Notes under the pieces: generated by a model | Told to the model about the DNA's origin: nothing | Seen by the model: the letters and a program-made list of their open reading frames with translations, nothing else | Database searches by the model: none | Made by a program: the position numbers and the translations under genes | Origin: Pavona decussata | Lineage: Eukaryota | Length of the DNA: 64,000 bases | NCBI GenBank assembly: GCA_977016875.1 | Contig: CDRNST010000058.1 | Span: 2,914,001 to 2,978,000, forward strand | Direction of reading: 5' to 3' | Shown: positions 35,784 through 49,039 of the stretch, piece by piece | Numbering within the stretch: the stretch's first letter is position 1 | How the letters are laid out: each line of letters begins with the position of its first letter

Positions 35784-37795
35784 CAAGAAATATAAGTGAT
35801 AGAAACCCGACAATTCGGTACATTTTGCGCCATTATCAAGGTTACATAGGTAATGATAAAAGAGGCGGTTTGTGAATAGGCTAAGTTGAAAGCGAATTTG
35901 CATCGAAAAGTGCCAAGCTAATTACATGAATACTTTAGCACGGAGAGAATCAGACTGTACATTCAGAGTTGTGTTCTTTAGAACAATGCTTGTAAATAGA
36001 TGACACCGTTTGACGGTGTCCCTTAACACGCTTGTGAAGGTGGCCGTTTGTGTACCCGACATAACGTGCATCGCACAGGTCACACTTGAAGAAATAAACA
36101 ACGTACATAGCTGTGTTACAATGTAAGGCTACAAAAAGCGGAAATCACTATGAGATGACATCATTTTCATTTTGTATTGCTGCCACGTCTCTGTTAAAAA
36201 GCACTGGAAGTCTGCAGTTATCATACTGCTATACTTTATCGTGGTGGTACTGGTAACGATTTTTTCGGTCTCAAAAAGGTACAAAAATGCTCAACTTAAG
36301 ATAAACTGTACTGAACCGTTTTGTCAACCCGTCAAACAAGCTTTACTAAGCCTTATATCGGACAGAGCTTTGGAGCCAGACTGATATGAGATGAAAGGAA
36401 GTTACGTCATTCAAGATTTATATGAGAATAATCAAAAGCACCAACTTTAGCTTCTGATCCTTGGCAAGAGTTTAAGGTTACTCTCTTTTGGTTCCCGTTA
36501 ACACGTTAACTTTCCTTTCCTTTTTTGTAAAACATTGATCGTAAAGTATCTCTTAGCTCGGGACAATGATAATGCAATCCAGTAAGAACATTGTGTCAGA
36601 AAGAGACGCTGCCAGTGTTCACCACCATCGCAACAGCCATCTCTGCCAAAGAAACATACGTTTCAGTCGACTTTGGTATCAAAACAACAACAGGTCAGGC
36701 AGGAAATTTTCAAAAAATCCTGGGGGCTCACGGGTATTGGTCAGCTTCCTCTTCAAGTGAATAGCATTTTGGTTTAAGGAATGATCCATAAGCCAAGGCC
36801 TCACGTACTTTGTTTGATAATAGGTATTTTCTGACGCATATTCTGACGCAGGTGATTGGACCAATCACCTCAGAAGAAGATGCTTAATCCGTATTAAGTG
36901 GACACCCTTTAGTAAGCGAGAGTGACCTGCAGTTTCCATAATTTATTTCCCTTAGTTCATGTAAATACCTCTATTTAGTGTATGGTAACCTGCTTTTAAG
37001 CAGACACCCTGTCTTAAACAAGCATTATAGAACATTCCCTGTGGGTGTCAACTAAATGTACGATAATAGGCTGCATGTAGTTTCATCTTCTTTTTGGTGT
37101 TATTTTATTTCTTGCTGAGACCTAATGATTTCTTGTTTAAATCCGTCTTCACTTAAGTAATGTTCATAAACAAATGATCGAGTCCTAGCTGTTCTACGCT
37201 GAGAAGCCTGCTTTTGCATGAGTGTTTAATGCTTCACATATTTACACTGGGTTGAACAAAGGAGATATAACGTGTTTATTACAAGTCAAGTTCAAGTTTG
37301 TCAAAATTACCTTTTTTTGGGATTTTTTCTCACCTAGCCATCATCCTTTTCGAAAGACCAGATCCCTAGCCGCCTAGACAGATCATGGCTACTAAAAGGG
37401 CAGCTCTAGATCTGCCTGCCAAACATGCCAGCACAGGGTTTATGGATGCCATGTGCATGGTGGAGCAGTTTTTAAGTGAAACATCTTTGGAAGAACGTAC
37501 CGCCATTTCCAATAGGATTGAGGAAATGTTTCCTGGCAGGATAAGGAGTCCAGAAATTTATTTCTAAAGTCATGTTGCTCATCAGTGAGTTTAGTCATAC
37601 CACCTGAAATTGCTGTATTTGATAATTCCCCTCTACTGTTACTACAATTTAGCATATTATTGTTTAAATTTACCTTGGAATAAAATATGCTGATAAAAAA
37701 GCAAACGATGTCCCTAGCAGTGCAGTCTGTTAATAAATTTTACACACATGCTTGGCTGTTAAAGGTTTTCAAGGTAAAGCATTTTGAAGAGGGAG

Positions 37796-40700
37796 TGGAG
37801 CGGCCACTTCCGGTTGCAGCCTCGCTCCAGGCCTCTTAAGTTTTAGGTTTCCCAGTAGGTATCGCGCGCATTGTTTTTAAGCACGAGGTCGAAAAAATAA
37901 ACATGCCGTGTTAAATCGTGTTTTGTAAGTTTTATTTGGTCCAACCAAAATTGGTCCTTCAAGTCCAAATACAAGAAATCAGCCGCTTGAGGATGAGCCT
38001 TAAAAGTACGTGGCACTCGGTGGATGAATGTGTGATATTCCCGCTTCGAAACAGTCCTGGAATAAGTCCTGAAGACTCGATAAGTCAAGTTCCAAGTCAG
38101 AATGATTCCGTCAAGTCAAAGTCCTCGTCAACCTCGTCCAAGAGAAAGCGAGAAGCACGAATTAAAGCTGCCGTCGCAAACCTGCAAGCAAAACAGTTAG
38201 CCGAACAAGTGAAGCGAGAAAATCAAGTCCGTGAGGAGGAATTTCGCAAAGAAACTGCCTAAAGGGAGTTGGAGCTAAAACTCGAATATCGGAAACGGGA
38301 GTTCGAGCTTCTATGAAAGAAAAGAGAGAGCGAAAAAGCCATCATCTCAGCCCAGAATGAAGCTGAATTAGCCCAACTCGAACAGGAAATAATAGGGCAA
38401 GAAGTCACCGAAAGAAACGCCGAAAAGAACCAAAACAGCAAGGTCAGTGAAACGATAACATCTCTAAAACCTTATTTAATGAACACTGATGCTGAAAGTA
38501 AGGATCATTTTTCAAACCCATGTACTGAGTTGAAACCTGGAATGACATCGGGATATGTTTCCCAAGAACTCAAAACATCAGATCACACACCTCTGCAATA
38601 TGACAAACAAGTTGTCATGTCGTATGCAAATACTCCTTTAAATCCAGTTGCCAAGTGTTTACCGCCAAAGGTTTTAGAGTTCTATGCACCCAACATTGGT
38701 GGGTGCACCTCAACTCGGCCAGACCCATTCAGCCAAGGAAGTGAATATACATCTCAACATATAATTACTCCTGTGAGTTTAGGGTCAGATCCTCAAACAA
38801 ATACAGTGTCATCATGTCATTATGTGAACTTTCCCCAACCATTGGTTGGCTATAGTAATATATATGCACCTCCAGTCACATCAGTTACTTGGTCAACAAA
38901 ACCTGAAATCAAGTATCCAGAAAGACTGAGTAGCCAAACTCCTCAAGACATTCCTTTGTCGTCAAGACCTACATGTGTTAGTACATCACCTGCTGTCAGT
39001 AATAGTTTCCAAGCCTATTCCCCTCATGATCCAAAGTTTGAAAGTCCATTGAATCACTCTTTCCCAAGTAGTACACCGTTGTGGGGCCCAAGTTCCAGAA
39101 GTACTTCAACTCCCTACTCAAGTCGGGTCAAGTCAAACCCCCTGCATCGACCAGCTCAAGTAGACCCTAGGGGAGAACCTGTAGATGCATTTATTGACAG
39201 GCTCATAGATGGCCAGGAAACTGTTTTTGCCGAAAGTCTCAATAGCTCACTGACAGACTCTGGTACAGCTCTGCTCCGAGCACAAGAGCAGCAACGCTTA
39301 CCACCACTTGAGCTTTTCAAGTTTACAGGCAAGCCAATTGAGTGGCCCAAGTTTATTGAGAGATTTCGTGACCAGATCCATAATAAGACAACACTGACTG
39401 ACTCTGATCGAATGTCTTATCTGTTCCAAAATCTCAGCGGTGAAGCAAAGAAAGCCATTGAAAGTTTGGGTGTGACTGGCCATAGTTACTCAACCGCCCT
39501 CAAAACACTAAAACGACAATTTGGGAACCCCAGCAGTGTGGCATCAGCCTACTTAAAGAACATGCTTGATAACTCTTGTGTGACTCCAAATGATAGACAG
39601 GCATTGCGTGATTATTATTATCAAGTGAAAGCTTGCACTACCTGGTGCGTCAAGATGGGCCAGTCTGCTATACTCTTAACACCAGAGTATCTAAGTAGGG
39701 CTACTATGCGATTACCCATTAACCTCAGAGTGAGATGGTACGAACATATTGATGGTCATGCTGAGAGAGCTACCCTGCTAGGATTTGAGAAGTGGCTTTG
39801 CAAAAGAGTTGACACCTTATTCAACCCACTTGAAGATTTCATATGTGAAGAGTGGAACAAGAAGCAGTCATGTATGAAACCAAAGTCAAATTTGAAACTG
39901 CATTCTCTCGCTACAACTACCAAGCCTCCCAAACCATCTCAAGTGCAGCCGCGCATGAAGGAGGTCGGGAACATAGTCCATGTTAATGAACAGAAGTGCG
40001 TTGTGTGTTCAGACAGACACCGTGTTGCATTTTGTCCTGTTTTTAAGTCCAAAGCCTTGAAGGAAAGGAAACAAGTTGTGTGGGAGCACAGACTTTGCTT
40101 TAATTGCCTGAAAGCAAACCATCAATCGAAAGAATGTCCAAGTACAAACCGTTGTCTTAGAGAGCATTGCAGCCGACCACATCACACTCTCCTGCATGAA
40201 GATCGTCAAAGCGATCCACATACTGATAGTTCAGCTTACAGCGAAAGCACCGGTATTCAGTCATCAATCCCGCCAAAAGAGAGTGCTCAACCAGTGGTAC
40301 CCAATACAAGTTCTCCTCTAGTTCCATCCGATGTCTCTCGAAGCATCAACCAAGTGAGTGTTCAGCCTCGGAGAAAGGTCCTCCTTCAAGTCCTGCCAGT
40401 TCAAATCCATAGCTATCGTGGTGTAGTCGACACATATGCTGCCCTTGATGCTGGGAGCGACTCGATCTTGATTAGAAAGGACTTAGCACACCACCTGCAG
40501 CTTGAGGGTGAGACACACCAGCTAAGTTTAAATACAGTTGGCTCTGATGCCAAGATCCAGAACTTAAGCAGAGTAAGTTTCTCCTTGTCATCTAAAGACC
40601 ATCCACAACTGATTTCTGTACAGGGAGCATGGGTTATTGACAAACTCAGTGTCCCATCTGTCAAGGTGTCAAAGGAAAAGGCAAGCGAACAATGGAACCA

Positions 40701-43700
40701 CTTGTTGAACATTGACCTTCCCGAACTTGATGGTAGTGATGTGAAAGTTCTCATTGGGTCTGACATGGCTCACTTACTGATTCACCTGGAAGTTTGCCAA
40801 GGGCAACGGGATGAGCCCATTGCTGTAAAAACCCCCTTAGGGTGGACCCTGTTTGGAAATGTGGACAATGGACACTGTGACACAGTCAATGCCAACTTCC
40901 TTGTAACTGATCAAGAAACTCAACTGCAGAAGCAAATTGAGCGATTTTGGGAGATAGACTCCTATGCTACCAAGCAAGCCCCCTCTGATTCTGGCATGTC
41001 AGCTGAAGACAGAAGAGCTCTGTCAATATTAGAAAGCAGTACAGTGAAGGAAGAAGGCCACTACAAAACAGCATTGTTGTGGAAAGGCGAGCCAAATTTG
41101 CCAAACAATCGCGCAATGGCTGTTTCATGTCTCCATTCTACTGAAAGGAAACTTAAGAAGAATCCAGAGCTGGCAAGGAAGTACCAGGATGTGATAAACA
41201 GTTATATCAGTAAAGGACATGCTAAGAAATTGACACCTGAAGAGTCAAAGGGAATGACCTCAAAGACACGGTACCTCCCACACCATGCGGTACTGAACCC
41301 CAACAAACCTGGGAAGGTTCGTGTCGTTTTTGATGCAGTCTCAAAGTATGACAGAGTTTGCCTGAATGACAAGCTTCCCACTGGTCCTGACTTACTCAAT
41401 AATCTGGTAGGAATCCTGATGCGATTTAGAAGTGGAAAGATCGGCATTATGGCGGATGTGGAACAAATGTTCCATCAAGGCGGAGTTTGTGAAGAAGACA
41501 GAGACTCGTTACGTTTTCTGTGGAGAGATTTAGATGAAACTAGACTTCCAGATGAGTACCAAATGACAGTGCATGTGTTTGGTGCTGTTGACTCACCCTG
41601 TTGTGCCAACTATGCACTACAAAGGACTGCCCTTGATCAGTCAGAGAAGTTTAGTAAGGATCCAGTTCATGCCGTTCTGCGTAACTTTTACATGGATGAT
41701 CTTTTATCCTCGAAACCAAATTCTGATGGTGCTACCAACTTAGCCAAGCAGCTAATTGAACTCCTAGCAACAGGAGGATTCAGACTCACAAAGTGGATGT
41801 CGAACAGTCGAGAGATCCTGGCAGCGATCCCATCCTCTGAAGTGGCATTTAACACTGTTGACCTTGATTGTAATGAGCTGCCACAAGAAAGAGCCCTTGG
41901 TGTCAAGTGGTACACAGAACAAGATTTCCTGTGTTTGCAACCAGTGAAGAGTGGCTTCCCTGACACTAAGAGGGGAATATTGAGCGCGGCGTGTAGCGTA
42001 TTTGATCCCCTTGGTTTTGCTGCACCATATGTGATTCAGGCAAAGCTGATCATACAGGAGTTGTGGAGGCGTCAAATAGACTGGGATGAAGAGCTACCTG
42101 ATGAAATTCTTCAGGGCTGGCAAAGCTGGAAGGATGGTTTAAAGTCATCTCAGATTATTGCAGTTCCCAGGTGGTATGGATTCCACCGTGATGAATGCCA
42201 AGATGTGCAACTACACGTGTTCTGTGACGCTTCGGAGATTGCCTATGGAGCCGTAGCCTATTTCCGAACGATTAGTTGTGGAAGTGTAAATGTGAGTTTC
42301 ATAATGAGTAAGACAAGACTAGCTCGGATCAAGACCTTGACTATACCACGCCTGGAACTGCAAGATGCAGTGATAGCAGTCAGATTGAAGTCGAAGATAT
42401 TGGAAGAAATCGACTTTGAAGTTGATGATATGTACCTCTGGAGTGACTCAGAGATTGTCCTCCACTACATTAGGAACACTCATAGGAGATTCAGTGTTTA
42501 TGTGTCACACAGAGTTGCTGAAATTACTTCTAACTCTGACGTTACGAAGTGGCACCATGTGTCAGGTTTGATAAATGTGGCAGATGACTGCACAAGATGG
42601 ATCGAAATGTGTGATTTGACTCCTGAGTGTCGGTGGATCAATGGTCCCAAATTCCTCATGCTCACTGAAGATCAGTGGCCAAGAAGCGAAAGGGCTTCAG
42701 AATTTGATGACAGCGAACTGGAAGTAAAGGCTTCAGTCCTAACAACGTCAGCTACCCCCAGTGTGAGCATGGTCACATGGGAGAGGTTCTCTTCCTGGAG
42801 GAAGCTGGTGCGCGTGTATGCTTGGTGGATGAAGTACAAGTTCAAGTTAAAGTGTAAAGTGAACAAGAAATGTCCATCCTCAGAGCGACAGGGGAAGACG
42901 TTGTGTGCCGATGAACTTAAAGAGGCCTCCCTTGCCTTATGTCAGTTAGCACAGATTGAGTCATTCAAAGAAGACTATGAAGATCTTCAAGCCAACAGAG
43001 CACTACCCCACAACAGTTCATTACTTCCGCTGCAGCCCATTTTCCTAGGCGGAGTTATTAGAGTCTGAGGTCGTCTCAACAAAGCTTCTATACCATTTGA
43101 GGCAAAGCACCAAGTGATTCTTTCCCCCTCACATCCAATTTCAAAACTTCTGGTTCAAGATCTTCATGAGCAACATCTGCATGCTGGCAGAGAACATACT
43201 CTGGCCCTTGTGCGTCAGCAGTTCTGGATTCCCCAAGGAAAATCCCTTACTAGGAAGATCATCAATGATTGCCTGTACTGTAGGAGAAGGAGAACTGAGC
43301 CCAAAGTGCCTGTGATGGCAGACTTACCCAGAGAAAGACTTGCGCTTTTTGAACCTCCGTTTACAAATACCGGAGTGGAATATTTCGGTCCCATGAGCGT
43401 TAAGAGAGGGCGAAGCACCGAGAAAAGATGGGGTTGCATCTTTACATGTCTTACCACCCGTGCAGTCCATTTAGAGCTAGCAGGAGACTTAAGTACTGAT
43501 ACGTTTATCATGGCCTTGAGGAGATTTCGAAGCCGCAGAGGCAATCCCAAGACGATGCGTTCCGACAATGGAACTAATTTTGTTGGGGCTAAGAGAGAAC
43601 TAGAGGAAGCATTGAAGTCGTTAAGTCAAGAAAGCATTGCTGGTGAGCTAGCCCACCAAGGGATCACCTGGTTCTTTAATCCACCATCGTCCCCTCATAT

Positions 43701-44562
43701 GGGAGGAATCTTTGAGTCACTGGTAAAGCAAGTCAAAAGAGCCATGAAGACTGTCATTAATGACCAGGTTATGCCAGACGAGACACTCCATACAGTTCTT
43801 GTTGAGACTGAGGCTGTACTAAATAGCCGCCCGTTAACTTCAGTCAGTGATGACTTGAACGACTATGAAGCATTGACACCAAACCACTTTCTGATTGGAA
43901 GAGCATCTCCTAACAACCCTCCAGGTCAATTTGAGGAGCGAGAAGTTAACAGTCGCAAGCGGTGGAGAATGGCGCAAGCCCTAGCCGATATGCTGTGGTG
44001 TCGGTGGCAGAAGGAGTATTTACCTAGCCTGACCACCCGTTCCAAGTGGAATAAAGAACAGAGAAATTTCCAAGAAGGGGATCTTGTCCTCCTGAGGAAT
44101 GATGATGCGCCTCGCTCGCATTGGCCTCTCGGACGGATTCTCAAGACTTTCCCAGGGAGTGATGGCAGAGTGCGTATGGCAGAAGTGAAGACTCCAAATG
44201 GAATCTTGATGCGCCCAGCTGCTAAGCTGTGCTTATTGGAAGCGTCTACTTGACTAAATGAACAGTAAAGGACCTTATGAAGACTGTAAACACTTAAGAC
44301 ATCCTTTTGTCTAGAGCCTCCTCGTTGTCGTTATTTTAAACCTAGGAACTGTTGTTAATGGTCATTCGTTTCGGTCCGTAAACTCACTGGGGGGGGGGGG
44401 GGGGGGAGGATGGAGCGGCCACTTCCGGTTGCAGCCTCGCTCCAGGCCTCTTAAGTTTTAGGTTTCTCAGTAGGTATCGCGCACGTTGTTTTTAAGCACG
44501 AGGTCGAAAAAATAAACATGTTGAGTTAAATAGTGTTTTGTAAGTTTTATTTGGTCCAACCA
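37796..44562 (+). mobile_element. Full-length BEL/Pao LTR retrotransposon
   Basis: 152-bp TG...CA LTRs at 37796-37947 and 44411-44562 (about 7 mismatches); 5-bp TSD gggag; PBS tggtccttc at 37952 (tRNA-Tyr-like); G-rich PPT 44389-44410. Confidence 0.97.
38479..44253 (+). pseudogene. BEL/Pao gag-pol polyprotein (stops upstream of 38479 and at 43066-43068)
   Basis: Gag FTGKPIEW, three Cys/His knuckles, protease ALDAGSD, RT YLPHH..RVVFDA..YMDD, RNaseH FCDAS, integrase H..H..C..C, GVEYFGP (catalytic D replaced by E), SDNGTNF. Confidence 0.95.
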
Positions 44563-45425
44563 GGGAGAAACTTTTGATATAAGATATAAATAATATTTTG
44601 TTTATTGTTTCACATCAGCTTTGTATAGAATTGCACACTTAGTTGATTGTGATAGGTTTTAGGCAATGTGCGTTAACTCTAGGTTAGCTTTATGAATCTA
44701 GAGTATTATTGGGTATCCTGCAGAAACACTGCCAAGATGCCTTGTGGTATCCAGTCCCATCCTGTATGGATTTAGGGGCATACATGTTCCAGCAAACAGA
44801 TGATTATCGGACGGCTGGAAATCAAAATTTCAGAAAAGTGGCATTAACTGTGAGTAGTTTGAAGCTTAAGTTATATTATTTCATGATATTAGACTGGATT
44901 CTGCATGTACTCCATACAAGGAAACCTGCAAATACCTTAGGAGTAGGAATACAGATTTTCAAGTATCCCTGGGTTACCCACCCTCTTTTTCAACGGAAAA
45001 AAACCACTAACAGGTGCAGTTTGATCTGTATCATTAAAAAAAAATGCAATGTAAAGTAGATTGGATTTGTTCTCATGAAATAAATATTGCCAAAGTAATG
45101 TCACATTGAAATTGATATTCTTACACTTGGGTAGTGCTCATTTCACTGTAACACACAGTGCATTCTATAGCTAATAATTTTCCCAATAGAGTGGGTGTGT
45201 ATAACAATTAAACCTCCATCATCAGTTGTTTCTGTACATGTGAATATACTTTTACTACTTTCCCAATCTTTTCTAGCATCCTGTGTGGCAAACATGTGGC
45301 ACTTTTGTCATTGATGACGAGATTCAAATCAATGCCCAAACTGCAACATGCCAGCGAAGTGATGAAAGGTATGTCTTGTAAGAGACAGCGTGGAAAAAGA
45401 GCAGGACACATGGTAGGGGTTCCTT

Positions 45426-45440
45426 ATAATAATAATAATA

Positions 45441-45493
<53 letters not shown>
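45426..45493. repeat. (AAT)n microsatellite; the paralogous site 35747-35782 is (AATGAT)n
   Basis: Direct reading. Confidence 0.95.
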
Positions 45494-45495
<2 letters not shown>

Positions 45496-48400
45496 AAGAA
45501 ATATAAGTGATAGAAACCGACAATTCGGTACATTTTGCGCCATTATCAAGGTTACATAGGTAATGATAAAAGAGGTGATTTGTGAATAGGCTAAGTTGAA
45601 AGCGAATTTGCATATAAAAGTGCCAAGCTAATTACATGAATACTTTAGCACGAAGAGAATCAGACTGTACATTCAGTGTTGTGTTCTTTAGAATAATGCT
45701 TGTAACTAGATGACACTGTTTGACGGTGTCCCTCAACACGCTTGTGAAGGTGGCCCTTTGTGTACCCGACATAACGTGCATCGCACAGGTCACACTAGAA
45801 GAAATAAACAACGTACATAGCTGTGTTACGATGTAAGGCTACAAAGAGCGGAAATCACTATGAGATGACATTTTTATTTTGTATTGCTGCCACGTCTCTG
45901 TTAAAAAGCACTGGAAGTCTGCAGTTATCATACTGCTATACTTTATTGTGGCAGTACTGGTAACGATTTTCTCGGTCTCTAAAAGGTACAAAAATGCTCA
46001 ACTTAAGATAAACTGTACTGAACCGTTTTGCCAACCCGTCAAACAAGCTTTTCTAAGCCTTATATTGGATAGAGCTTTGGAGCCAGATTGATAAGAGATG
46101 AAAGGAAGTTATGTCATTCAAGATTTATATGAGAATAATCAAAAGCACCAACTTTAGCTTCTAATCCTAGGCGAGAGTTTAAGGTTACTTTCTCTTGGTT
46201 TAGGTAAACAATTTAACTTTCATTTCCTTTTTTTAAAACATTGATTGTAAGGTATTTCTTAGCTCGGGACAATGATAATGCAATGCAGTAAGAACATTGT
46301 GTCAGAAAGAGACGCTGCCGGTGTTCACCACCATCGCAACAGTCATCTCTGCCAAAGAAACGTACGTTTCAGTTGACTTTAGTCTCAAAACAACAACAGG
46401 TCAGGCAGGAAATTTTCAAAAATCCGGGGGGCTCACGGGTATTGGTCAGCTTCCTCTTCAAATAAATAGCATTTTGGTTTAAGGAATGATCCATAAACCA
46501 AGGCCTCATGTACTTTGTTTGATAATAGGTATTTTCTGACGCATTTCCTGACGCAGATGATTGGACCAATCACCTCAGAAGAAGATGCTTAATCCGTATT
46601 AAGTGGACACCCTTTAGTAAGCGAAATTAACTTGCAGTTTCCATAATTTATTTCCCTTAGTTTATGTAAATACCTCTATTTAGTGTATGGTAACCTGCTA
46701 TTAAGCAGACACCCTGTCTTAAACAAACATTATAGAACATTCCCTATGGGTGTCAACTAAATGTAGGATAATAGGCTGCATGTACTTTGCTGTTCTTTTT
46801 GGTGTTATTTTATTTCTTGCTGAGACCTAATGATTTTTTGTTTAAATCCGTCCTCACTTAAGTATTGTTTATAAAAAAATGATCAAGCCCTAGCTGTTCT
46901 ACGCTGAGAAGCCCGCTTCTGCATTAGTGTTAACTGGTTCACATATTTACACTGGGTTGAACAAAGGAGATATAATGTGTTTATTACAAGTCAAGTTCAA
47001 GTTTGTCAAAATTACCTTTATGGGATTTTTTCCCGTCAAGCCATCATCCTTTTCGAAAGACCAGATCCCCAGCCGCCTGGACAGATCATGGCTACTAAGG
47101 GGCAGCTCTAGATCTGGCTGCCAAACATGCCAGCATAGGTTTATGGATGCCATGTACATGGGGGAGCAGTTTTTAAGTGTAACATCTTTGGAAGAACGTA
47201 CCGCCATTTCCAATAGAATCGAGGAATTGTTTCCTGGCAGGATAAGGAGTCCGGAAATTTATTCTAAAGTCATGTTGCTCACCAGTGAGTTTAGTCATAC
47301 CACCTGAAATTGCTGTATTTGATAATTCCCCTTTACTGTTACTACAATTTAGCATATTATTGTTTAAATTTACCTTGGAATAAAATATGCATTTTGGTTT
47401 AAGGAATGATCCATAAACCAAGGCCTCATGTACTTTGTTTGATAATAGGTATTTTCTGACGCATTTCCTGACGCAGATGATTGGACCAATCACCTCAGAA
47501 GAAGATGCTTAATCCGTATTAAGTGGACACCCTTTAGTAAGCGAGAGTTAACTTGCAGTTTCCATGATTTATTTCCCTTAGTTTATGTAAATACCTCTAT
47601 TTAGTGTACGGTAACCTGCTCTTAAGCAGACACCCTGTCTTAAACAAGCATTATAGAACATTCCCTATGGGTGTCAACTAAATGTAGGATAATAGGCTGC
47701 ATGTACTTTGCTGTTCTTTTTGGTGTTATTTCATTTCTTGCTGAGACCTAATGATTTTTTGTTTAAATCCGTCTTTACTTAAGTATTGTTTATAAAAAAA
47801 TGATCAAGCCCTAGCTGTTCTACGCTGAGAAGCCTGCTTCTGCATTAGTGTTTAATGGTTCACATATTTACACTGGGTTGAACAAAGGAGATATCATGTG
47901 TTTATTACAAGTCAAGTTCAAGTTTGTCAAATTACCCTTTTTTGGATTTTTTCTCGTCTAGCCATCATCCTTTTCGAAAACCAGATCCCCAGCCGCCTGG
48001 ACAGATCATGGCTACTAAAAGGGCAGCTCTAGATCTGGCTGCCAAACATGCCAGCACAGGGTTTATGGATGCCATGTGCATGGTGGAGCAGTTTTTAAGT
48101 GAAACATCTTTGGAAGAACGTACCGCCATTTCCAATAGAATCGAGGAATTGTTTCCTGGCAGGATAAGGAGTCCGGAAATTTATTCTAAAGTCATGTTGC
48201 TCACCAGTGAGTTTAGTCACACCACCTGAAATTGCTGTATTTGATAATTCCCCTTTACTGTTACTACAATTTAGCATATTATTGTTTAAATTTACCTTGG
48301 AATAAAATATGCTCATAAAAAGCAAACAATGTCCCTCGCAGTGCAGTCTGTTAATAAATTTTACACACATGCTTGGCTTTTACATAAAATTCATGTGCAT

Positions 48401-49039
48401 GCACACATTACAGCTGAAAAGAAGCAAATTTTTTTTTGCTTGTAAGAAATATGATTGCTTGGGTAAGGATACAGAACTAATTAAAGTAATAGCTTCGTTG
48501 TGTTTAATTAAAAGCATATTCCAATTTGAACAAGTGCACCTTCCATTTAAGTCTTGTTTCAATCTTAAATAAATGTCTTCGTATTTATTGAGACTAATTA
48601 ATGTTCATTTGTGTACCATTAATGGAACAGGTCATCAAACTAGCTGACTTGTGTGGGAGTATATTAACAACAAAGTCGCCCCTCTCATTGGCGACCTATT
48701 CTCTGGAGTCAATAACTCCAGCAGCACAGTTTCCAAGTTACAGGTTGAGCCTACTTGTCGTGCCCAAAGATCAAGTGTGTGGGACCTTTTTTCAAACCTA
48801 AAACTTGTTTCAAAGAAGCAGGTACTTGTAAACCAGTAATTGTATTTATTAAGTAGTGCAAATCATCTTTTTAATGGAGAGTTTTGAGGAAGAGGACAAT
48901 TCTATAATTATAATTATAATTATGGTCCATTTTATAATAATTGTGTACTTAGTGGCACCAAGGCCTTAGAATAAAAGAGAGGCTTGAGTTGACTTAGTTT
49001 TCATTCATTCCTGTGTTATCCTCTGTGAAAGCAAGGGCA

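Larger units (their letters stand above)
34866..48830 (+). repeat. Tandem segmental duplication: unit A 34866-37762, unit B 37763-37795 plus 44563-47390, partial unit C 47389-48830
   Basis: Near-identical sequence and ORFs (35530/45208, 35618/45296, 36172/45879, 37385/47088/48008); 47389-48311 repeats 46470-47390. Confidence 0.92.

Noticed and set aside
45296-45613. ORFs with poly-N, poly-Y and poly-I tracts (also 35618-35903)
   Set aside because: Translations of AAT/AATGAT microsatellites.
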